64,000 bases of DNA from Paraphysomonas bandaiensis (lineage: Eukaryota > Protista > Chrysophyceae), in NCBI GenBank assembly GCA_965644295.1, contig CBFFRP010000281.1, positions 124,001 through 188,000 of the forward strand. Reading direction: 5' to 3'. This document shows positions 53,003 through 62,500 of this stretch, in pieces (positions within the stretch are counted from its first letter, which is position 1; every line of letters starts with the position of its first letter). The notes below the pieces were generated by a model, which searched no databases, was not told the DNA's origin, and saw only the letters and a program-made list of their open reading frames with translations. Made by a program: the position numbers and the translations under genes.

Positions 53003-53782
53003 CAGGGATAGGGAACAATATATTGCAATATATTGTAAAATATATTGATTGGTGGACTGGTCAAATATTCCATCAATAGTGTTTCTGTTAAAAGAGCTCA
53101 CAATACTATTGCAATACATTGCAATCAATATTATGATAGTCATATTTGAGAAGAATCTTAACTGTAGGGTGCAAAATGGATATAAATAACCGAGAAATTG
53201 ATTACAACATTACAAAGGATAATGAAGCTGATGTTGACAATGCGACTAAAAATCTTCAGTCAGCTCAAAAAATTAAGAAACGTACAGATCCACGAGTCAT
53301 TAACGGTTGCCTGGCCCTGGTATGTACTTCCAATACATGGAAACGTCTGTTCAGCACAGCTAAACATATTATATCAGTGTTGCGCAAAAGTATCCATCCT
53401 ACTTAATATGCTGTTGTTTTAGAAAGCTATTCGGATACTAGCATATTTCAATTAATTCTGTGGATGAATATTGTGATGTTGACCTCACCGATGATGGCTC
53501 AGAGGATGAGGACGAGGTGGATTTTTAGTAGCTATAAGCAGCAGTTGGTTTGGTTGTCATGTGATCTTAATGACTAATACTAAAAATGAAATCTATGGAT
53601 GTGTTTACCTACTGAGTAGTCATACTAATATATTGCAATACATTGACAATATATTGCAATACATTGACAATATATTGCAATATATTGTAATTGTATTGTA
53701 GGACCGGTTTAAAAATTCCAACAATACTATTGATGGAACGCTATCTAACAATAGTATTGCAATATATTGTTCCCTATCCCTG
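53003..53782 (+). mobile_element. Non-autonomous hAT element A (780 bp) with a transposase C-terminal dimerization-domain remnant
   Basis: 28-bp TIR CAGGGATAGGGAACAATATATTGCAATA, ATATTGCAAT subterminal repeats, and TSNTWKRLFSTAKHIISVLRKSIHP resembling the hAT S-x-x-x-ER-x-FS motif. Confidence 0.88.
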
Positions 53783-54162
53783 CTCATCACTATGCATGAC
53801 TTTTATATATGCAATTCGCGCAGATTCTAGTAGGAGCATGTGTACCTTCCCATTATTACCTAACAAAGGTTACGCGGGGATTCTCGTGACCATTCATGAC
53901 TCAGTATAGGTCTAGTGTGACATGACCACCTCCCCCCTCCTCTAGAATGCGCGGGGTTTCTCGTAATCTCATATAGGCTATGCAGGTATAGTGTAGATCT
54001 AGCTAGAGCTTTCTTGATGACAACACACGAATAATACGCTGAGATTTTTATTAATAATCTATACGTTACTTAGCTTAGTCAACACTAACACTTCACTAGG
54101 GTACGCTCTCAGAATGGGGCAAAAATAAACTACTAAAACGAAACACATTACTAAAATAAATG

Positions 54163-55269
54163 CTATATCATACCCATTCTCAGAAGACTAGCCCTCAACT
54201 CTGTTATCTCCTTTTCCTTCTCAGCAAGTATGCTATCCTTCTCTGCCAGTTTGCTATCCTTCTCTGCCAGTTTGCTATCCTTCTCTGCCAGTTTGCTATC
54301 CTTCTCTGCAAGGGTGCTATGCAAACGTTCAATGGTTCGCTCCTGTTCCCGCTGTTTCTCCAATGCATCAAAAAATGACGTTATCTTACCAGCTATATAA
54401 CTATCAAACATAGAATAAGATGCTTGCATTTTCTCTTCTGTAATTGTTCCAGATAAATTCGGAAATATGGCACTGAATAGATATTCCACAACCACCTTGG
54501 AATTAAATGTGGCTTTGTGATTCATACGAAACATCAGTGGTTCAGCCAACTCAATATCAATGCCGGACATCAAATCAGCTCCTTTAGACTTCGCACATGC
54601 AAATATCCATGTGTATCCATCCGTGTAAGCCCCCCACACATCTTCAAATGAACCTTTCAATCGATTATTTTCCACACTCACACTAAGCTGTGCATAGAAC
54701 TGATATATTTCATTATTTTCATATGAATCAAATATTGATTCTGATGATATCAGCTTATGCTTCACTTCTATCACTGATGTGATTACACCATCTGGTTTCG
54801 ATGGTCTTTGATAAGACGTCACAAATTCCACAGGTCCGTTGGCAGTCTTCGACTCATTTGACAACTGCATTTCATGATGCACATATGCAGAAACATCTGC
54901 AATATCTACTTTGCCACCATCATAATCGTCATCATCGTCGAATCGTATTGAAATTGCGGCACCCTCAGATTTAACTTTATCAAAAGTTGCGACCAGCGAT
55001 AGCAATTCATACACTAGAAAGTACATTGTTTTCTCATTTCGTTTGACTACACAACTATCAAATCTAATCTCCAAAGGAATAAAGCGATTCATAAAATAAT
55101 CAAATGCGTTATTATCTAACTGTACACGCGGCGATAGCGATGGATGACATATCCGAACATGCGGAAATATGTTTGAAAATACAATCGAAGATCGAAATTG
55201 GGAGAAGCCACCACAGTGACCCTTTCCAGATTCTCTACTCCCAGAGGATTGGGTCTCAATATCATCCAT
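54163..55269 (-). CDS. PD-(D/E)xK restriction-endonuclease-fold protein with C-terminal heptad-repeat coiled coil
   Basis: Intact 368-aa ORF with motifs IAD...VIEVK...YQFYAQL...WGAYTDGYTWIF and an (LAEKDSK)n tail. Possible 43-nt 5'UTR intron at 55295-55337. Confidence 0.72.
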   Translation of the reverse strand: MDDIETQSSGSRESGKGHCGGFSQFRSSIVFSNIFPHVRICHPSLSPRVQLDNNAFDYFMNRFIPLEIRFDSCVVKRNEKTMYFLVYELLSLVATFDKVKSEGAAISIRFDDDDDYDGGKVDIADVSAYVHHEMQLSNESKTANGPVEFVTSYQRPSKPDGVITSVIEVKHKLISSESIFDSYENNEIYQFYAQLSVSVENNRLKGSFEDVWGAYTDGYTWIFACAKSKGADLMSGIDIELAEPLMFRMNHKATFNSKVVVEYLFSAIFPNLSGTITEEKMQASYSMFDSYIAGKITSFFDALEKQREQERTIERLHSTLAEKDSKLAEKDSKLAEKDSKLAEKDSILAEKEKEITELRASLLRMGMI

Positions 55270-56179
55270 ACTATTAAGTTGTTAGTTCTTATATCTGTCA
55301 AGAGAATGAACGACAGCATCAGAGACTACTGGCATACCCTGATGGCACCCAATAAAATGCCCATTTTAGACCCATGGAATATAATATCCCCATTTTCTAG
55401 ACCTCAAAAACCCGATTTAAAAAATTTCCGTAAAAAAGGGACACATCATTATTATGAGGATCATATACAGCAGTGTGTACCAGCCACCATAATACACACA
55501 CCATATCCACCTTTTCACAGTCATATTCTACAAAATGGCTTCATACAACATAATCACACTCGGTTACCAATAGAGCATGCTATTATGGATGATGCCCCAT
55601 ACTGACAGCGTAACTAATCACTGCATGCGGCCCTCTAGTGTGTGCGGCTGAGTGTTGCGACCGCACACCTCTACCTATGTACACATTGCTTAGTTCAGCG
55701 CTTCCCGACCCGGGTTCTCACTGAATATTCAACGCTAAATACCGTGTGATAATGATGTAGCTAGTTGGGTTCAGTAGCTAGCAAATAACAAGAGGATCCC
55801 AACTTGCTTCTTAGATTGTAATTGCTTTCCTATCAAATTCAGTGTTATGATGAGTGTGAGCCCCTTAGATTAACAAGGCACATATGAGAGATCAATTACT
55901 CTAAAAGATGTGATAATAACAAAGTTGAGATTGTGAAATTTATTGCCGGATACGTTGATAAACCGTCGAGAAGTGTGTATTGATTATTGCCCCATTCCGA
56001 GGGCGTGGCCATAGTGTAGGCTGGCTGGTGCTCCACCTAAAACACCGAGATATAGCACTGATTCTACTACCCACCCACCCGTGTACCAACGTAGCTGACC
56101 ACATAGATCACGTGCAGATTCTGTTGTTCCCCCCAACCTGTGTTAACCTTTGCTGAGATTACGCGGGATTTCTCATCAC

Positions 56180-56589
56180 CAGGGAGAGGGAACAATATAT
56201 TGCAATATATTGTAAAATATATTGATTGGTGGACTGGTCAAATATTCCATCAATAGTGTTTCTGTTAAAAGAGCTCATAATACTATTGCAATACATTGCA
56301 ATCAATATTATGATAGTCATATTTGAGAAGAGTCTTAACTGTAGGGTGCAAAATGGATATAAATAACCGAGAAATTGATTACATCATTACAAAGGATATG
56401 ACTAATACTAAAAATGAAATCTACGGATGTGTTTACCTACTGAGTAGTCATACTAATATATTGCAATACATTGACAATATATTGCAATATATTGTAATTG
56501 TATTGTAGGACCGGTTAAAAAAATCCATCAATAGTATTGATGGAACACTATCTAACAATAGTATTGCAATGTATTGTTCCCTATCCCTG
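56180..56589 (+). mobile_element. Non-autonomous hAT element B (410 bp), an internally deleted relative of A in the same orientation
   Basis: Same termini. Colinear with A except for a roughly 349-bp deletion, one missing 21-bp repeat and about 10 substitutions. Confidence 0.9.
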
Positions 56590-56909
56590 GTGACCATTAA
56601 TGGCCCATTAATGCAATTACCATAATCGGTTAACTCGCCCTGATCCCGGTGATATATAAATTAATGATTTCATTAATGATCTGTTTTCAACATGTTTAAA
56701 ACTTTCATTATTATGCAGAGGGCTGTATATTAGCGAAAGGGATTTTAGTAATGAGCTGTTTTCGACATGTTTAAAATTTACATTATTATGCGGAGGGCTA
56801 TAGGGAGGTCTAAGCAACCACATTGAGGAACAAACAATAATCTAACAAACAGAATAATACTCAATACAAAGAACAGCGGCCGCAAAGGAATTATATAAAT
56901 ATCATGAAT

Positions 56910-57332
56910 CTATTTGCTATCCCATTTCGAAAAGTTTTCATCCTTTTCTTTGGTATCATCTTTGTAACTGCTTTTGATGTCATCGTCACTATCACTATCT
57001 TTACTACCCCCATGCTTGTCAAAGGATTTACAGTGTGAATCCACCTTATCATCATCATCACCATTGGTGAAATTCGAATCAGGTATAGACTCTTCCACCC
57101 AAGGGGATGATGTTATGGGAATTTCACCACAATAAGGAGCTACTAATCGCTTGGTGCCGTGGAATTCAATATCTCTAGCACGGACTTCTCTGTTCTGCTG
57201 AGCGAGTAGTACATCAGCAGTATGCATTTCTCTGTGAGACCGGATTACTAATCCTGATTTCGGCAGGGCTATAGAATAATCATGCAAGTCCTCATTAACT
57301 TCAGCATCTGTGTGTTTGCTGAGTTTATCCAT
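56910..57332 (-). CDS. Hypothetical protein with acidic/lysine-rich tail
   Basis: About 140-aa ORF divergent from taxilin; no motif recognised. Confidence 0.5.
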   Translation of the reverse strand: MDKLSKHTDAEVNEDLHDYSIALPKSGLVIRSHREMHTADVLLAQQNREVRARDIEFHGTKRLVAPYCGEIPITSSPWVEESIPDSNFTNGDDDDKVDSHCKSFDKHGGSKDSDSDDDIKSSYKDDTKEKDENFSKWDSK

Positions 57333-57969
57333 TATATTAGGCACATTAAGAGGCCCAAATACTGGTTATATAACAAGAATTATAATTGAATAATGTCAAC
57401 ATCATAGGATAGAAATAGTAAGTGATATATGCATCAATGTGTGCATGTTAGCAATGAAGGTGTATATATATGGAGCCGTGCATATATAGCAGTGTATGAT
57501 ATATGCAGTAGTATATATACATATGTAAGCTATGTCTTGCCTTCTATACATTACTGTACTATATGTATTCCAGAATATACCAGAAGGGTACTATGTCTAC
57601 ATACTAAACGTACACATTCACACATACAGCAGTCTATACTAGACCATGGCATACATACCATACTACAGTCCAACATTCACCATACGAATCGTAGTAGGAA
57701 CCACACACCATACTACAGTCCTACCATAGTAGCAACTACTAGACTATACTAGACCACACATACCATACCAGGCATTCTATACTACAGTCCTACAGTCCAT
57801 AGTAGGAACGAACTACTAGACCACACATATATATGCATACCATCCAACAGATTCTATACCACCACACACATATATATACATAACTTCCATACCATTTCAA
57901 TACAAGAACTTCATCTATAACTATCACATTCTTTACATATATTTCATTCTATTTTTCATATTTATTATT

Positions 57970-59091
57970 ATGGGAAAGAAAACGAAATCAAAGAAATCAA
58001 CTAACACTATTACAGATGATAGAAAACTAATTCATAAAACTGAACATCATCATAATAAATTCATTAAAAAACAACAATTAAATGATAATAATTTATTATC
58101 AAAAGTATCAAATTTAGATGAAATGATATTATGTAAAAAATTTGATTCACAAATATCAATTGAATCATCAATGCCTGAAGAAGGTATACAAGCTGCAAGA
58201 GATATATATACTGATGTTGTAAAATGTGAATTATTAATGAGAAATCGGTTGGAATATCTTATAGAACGTAAAAATTCTTTAATTACTACGAATGAAGAAA
58301 TGAAAAGAAGTTTAACAGATGAGAAAGAACAAGTGAAATCTCTTGAAATGCAAGTTGCACGTCTTCGATCTCTTTCTGAGGACTTAAATAAGAAGAAAGA
58401 CAGTTTGGTAGCTGAGTGTGAGACGAAAACTGATGAACAGCGATTGCTTCGTCAAGAAAAGAGTGATGAGTTTATGGCCCAGGTGCAAGGTATATCTGTG
58501 AAACTGGAAGAACAGAGCGAAGCCCGGACTAAACAAGCCGCCGAACACGAGGAGTTGAAAACTACTTTGCGGAACTGCCTCGACCGGTACCAGTCTTCCG
58601 AGACCGATTTCAATGATCAGATGGCTTCATATACGAGTAAGATCGAGGAAGCACTTAAGCAATATGAAACAGAATGTGCGGCTTGTGAAAAGGAGCGGAC
58701 AAAGTGTGCGAAATACGAGAAGCAGGTCCAAGGAATGCTTGACGGCGAGCGGGCTCTTCGCGGACAGGTAGCGCAATACGCGGATCGATTCGAACAGTTC
58801 CAGGAGGCGCTGAACAAGAGCAATGATATGTTTAGCAGCTTCAAAACAAGGATGGAGGAGATGACGCGTACCATTCGCCGGCTGGAGAAAGAAAATGCTG
58901 AACTAGAGAACAAGCGTGGCAAGAGTCTGGAGACAATAGATGACATGGCCGCACAGCATACTAGTATGGAGGGTGCAATAGGAAGAGTACAGAAGCAGAT
59001 TGGCACACTGAATGGTCTTATATCCACGCTTACGGAAGATATTGATAAGAAAAAATTAGAAATCAGCAAGCACGAAGAGCACCATGAATAG
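57970..59091 (+). CDS. Taxilin-family coiled-coil protein
   Basis: LRGQVAQYADRFEQFQEALNKSNDMFSSFKTRMEEMTRTIRRLEKEN matches the taxilin core. Confidence 0.85.
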   Translation: MGKKTKSKKSTNTITDDRKLIHKTEHHHNKFIKKQQLNDNNLLSKVSNLDEMILCKKFDSQISIESSMPEEGIQAARDIYTDVVKCELLMRNRLEYLIERKNSLITTNEEMKRSLTDEKEQVKSLEMQVARLRSLSEDLNKKKDSLVAECETKTDEQRLLRQEKSDEFMAQVQGISVKLEEQSEARTKQAAEHEELKTTLRNCLDRYQSSETDFNDQMASYTSKIEEALKQYETECAACEKERTKCAKYEKQVQGMLDGERALRGQVAQYADRFEQFQEALNKSNDMFSSFKTRMEEMTRTIRRLEKENAELENKRGKSLETIDDMAAQHTSMEGAIGRVQKQIGTLNGLISTLTEDIDKKKLEISKHEEHHE

Positions 59092-59595
59092 TTCGCGTAA
59101 CTGCAACTCTTAGAAAGTTGAATTAATAAAAACTGTTTGCTGCAAAATGGATTCATTACATCTTACAATTGAAAAATTATTTTGATAAATGACTAAGTTC
59201 TTCACTGTATCTGACCTAAAACTCGCAGAATACTGAGCTCATGTGTAATACTGAGATACTGACCCTAATTGCATTTAGGACATACTAAATCTATCATCCT
59301 CAGCTACAATAATCAATCAACTAGCTATCTAGTAACATGTTGTACATGGGTTTTTTTAGGCTAGTTTGCACAGCGGCGCAAATCCGCCCCAGTATGCTGG
59401 TACCTATACTAAATACTAGTGGGAAAAATAACAAATCGTTCATATATCTATACAAGTGAATCCTTGGGTTTGATGTTCAGCAGTATACCATTAGTATAAC
59501 TTTTGTAATGCTGTAAACACAATTTATTAAATCAATACGTTGCCCGACAGCACACACTATCTGATAAAATTTTCCCAGTTCGCAATATATAACTA

Positions 59596-62500
59596 TTATT
59601 GAAAATTAAAGTGATCCAGTAGAGGCTTCCTTTTCACTGGCGATACTGAGTCCTCTACTCTGTGTAACAACTTGAACATACCTGTCCCCAAAGGGATTGG
59701 TACACCCATAATGATACACTCTGAAACTCCAACTATTGAATCTTGTCTCGCATGAACAGCTGCATCGAACAAGTGGTCTGTGGTCTTTTCAAAAGATGCC
59801 AACATAAGAACACTCTCCCTCATTTTAGCTACACCAAATCTGGTAATCCCAAGTATTTCGCCTTTAAAGGTCATGACGTCCGACAGAAGCATCAAGTGGC
59901 GTCTATCCACAGTAATTCCATAAGCGCTCATGATATAACCCATTTCGGATGATATCATGGTTCTCGCAGCCTCTATCCCCAGCACATGCTGGACCTCTAT
60001 GATGTGATTTGACCTTGTGTCACGACCGTCCACTCCAGGTGTTCCCATCACATCTGATAAACCGTAGCCTTCCACAAGAAGATAGTACCGCGGTTTACCG
60101 TCATCTCCACGCTCCTCGTTAATTACTGCTCGAGAAACAGAGGGAATGCCCTGTACAATAATGTGCGGTAGAGCAGCTTTCATGGAATGAATTGTAAATA
60201 ACATTTTCTGGCTCGATGATATTCCCCTGCTAGTGTCCTTCGCCTCGGGTGGAATAATGCGAAGTGTACTACACTCACCATCCTCATTCATAACCATTAC
60301 ATGTTTATCTTTAACTGCACGGAGTCCAGGAGGCTTTATTTTGGATCCGTAGAGGATAGCATCCCTAACGGTCATCGCATTGATATTCAGGTGAAGGTTA
60401 CGAACAGCATCCATATCGAGCTTGATCGCAACATAACTCATTTCAGAGGTGTGTACCTCACGGATGTACTCGGCTATCTGGCCAAGAGTCGTTTTCTCAA
60501 TCTGAGCCTTAACAATTCGTGCAGATGTCTTGTTGTTGTTTTGAACTAAATTAGCTGTGATGATTGGTGTTGATATTACTTTCGAGGCATTAATAATCTC
60601 CTTCAATCGTGGCACACCGAGAGTCACGTTCATTGACGCAACACCGGCAAAGTGAAATGTTTTCAGCGTCATCTGCGTGCCTGGCTCCGACAAAGATTGA
60701 GCTCCAACTGCACCAACGGCCTCTCCTGGCTCTATGATTGACTTGTTGTACTTCCTCAACGCCAGCTCCAAAACACGATTCACTTGCGTGGCCGTAATCT
60801 TCATGACATTATCTTTCATGATATAGATGGCCTCCTTCTGTTCACGTGAGGGCTTACCCTTGATTTCACTTTTAGTTGCGATCTCTCGCCACTGGTGTAA
60901 CGCATAAGGATCCATTGCCTTCAGTCTCTCACGAATATCAGAACACTGCTTCACTTCATTCACGAGGATATCTCTATCCAACAACTCCGAGTTATATTCC
61001 TCATGTTTTACCGCACCAACTCCATCAATGATCATACTCTCAAATTTCTGTAAAACAACAGCGATGTCATTAAAAAATTTCGCTGTTTCTTTCAAAAATA
61101 ACCCCCCCTCAGGTAGCAGTGACTGAAACCCCTCCTGCTCGAGGGTGGAACTGACAAGATCCATAAGTTCGAAAGACAAAAGTGCTTCCTCCTCTTTACA
61201 AGGCATTTGCGACCTGACGTTCACCAGAAGGCGCGTGTAATCTACAGGTCTGTCTCCCCCCTCCATGACCTGTGGGTTCAGACCGTCGTCACCATAGCTG
61301 AACTGTACCACCGTCAGTTCAGAGTTGCGTACAGTCTTGTCATATTGCATTGACAGATCTTCAAGTGCCTTCATGAGTCGTCGGGCCATGTAACCCGTTT
61401 CGGCGGTTTTCACTGCTGTGTCTACGAGTCCCTCTCTACCACCCATGGTGTGGAAGAAGAACTCCGTTGCCGTCAAGCCGGAATGAAAGGAGTTTCCAAC
61501 AAAGCCTTTCGCTGCTGGGTACAATGCGCCCAGTGGAAAGTGTGGCAAAGTACGATTGACGAATCCATCCTGTATACGTGCGCCACCAACAGACTGCTGA
61601 CCCAAACAAGCTATCATCTGGGATATGTTAAGCTGAGACCCCTTCGATCCACACTGAGCCATAGTAGTAGGAGAGTTGGTGTGGTGCAAAACACTCATTG
61701 CCTCCTTCCCGCATTTCTCCCTGATCTTTCCCAAGATTCCATTAAGCTCACTCTCAAGTGATTGCAGCGCATCACAACCTGGCTTTAGCTGAATGCGGTC
61801 GGTTTTGTACAATTCAATGAACTCATTCGTTTGAGCTTTACCCTCTGCCAGAATTTTCTGTTTGACATTTTGCATTGCTGGGGAAGGGGTAACGTCATCA
61901 ATCCCAATTGAGAATCCACGGCATCCTAGATACCGGGCACAGAGCTTTGCCAGTCGACTCATACATCGCGTTGCCTCCTGAGGTCCATAGTCGCGAATAA
62001 GGACGTAAAATAAACCATGTTTAGAATCTCCACCAAGAGTTTTTTTCCCCAGATTGCCACATATCAGCTCTCCTTCTTTGAAGCAAGCATACCCATCGAG
62101 GTGGCAGAAATGTTCGCCATCAGTGTAGAACTTCTCTTTAGACACCACATTTACCATAGTCTTCACAGAGGCGTTCGGCCGAACCAGTACCGATATAACT
62201 TGCTTTCCTGTCCACAGCCTTCTCGGCTTCCATATTGCTGGCGGCGGCATGTCAATGTGCTCGTTGGCGTCAGAGAGGTGGGCTATCATCTGAGCGAACT
62301 GTTCCTTGGTAAAAAAAACGTCCTTGCGGGTGATCAGGTGAGCTCCAGTGAGAAAGTCTTGGGTCGCTGCAACCAAGGGCTCGCCGTTACGAGGAGTAAT
62401 GAGGTTGTTCTGGATATTCATCAGTTCTGCTGCCTCAGCCTTAGCTTCCTCTGTTTGTGGAAGGTGTAAATTCATCTCATCTCCATCAAAATCGGCATTG

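Noticed and set aside
53886-53893. A third GTGACCAT inside the cargo repeat
   Set aside because: It is not adjacent to a transposon end. Treated as coincidence or target preference, though it slightly weakens the uniqueness of the outer TSD.
55621-55641. Possible Helitron 3' end (short palindrome followed by CTAG-T)
   Set aside because: The hairpin is weak, no 5' TC end can be identified, and homology with the other copies continues past the CTAG.
41882-56642. Possible 14.8-kb macro-element bounded by inverted CAGGGC...TAAC termini and enclosing the array and the composite
   Set aside because: The flanking 8-mers (ACGTGCGA vs ATCCCGGT) do not match and the termini agree only over a few bases.
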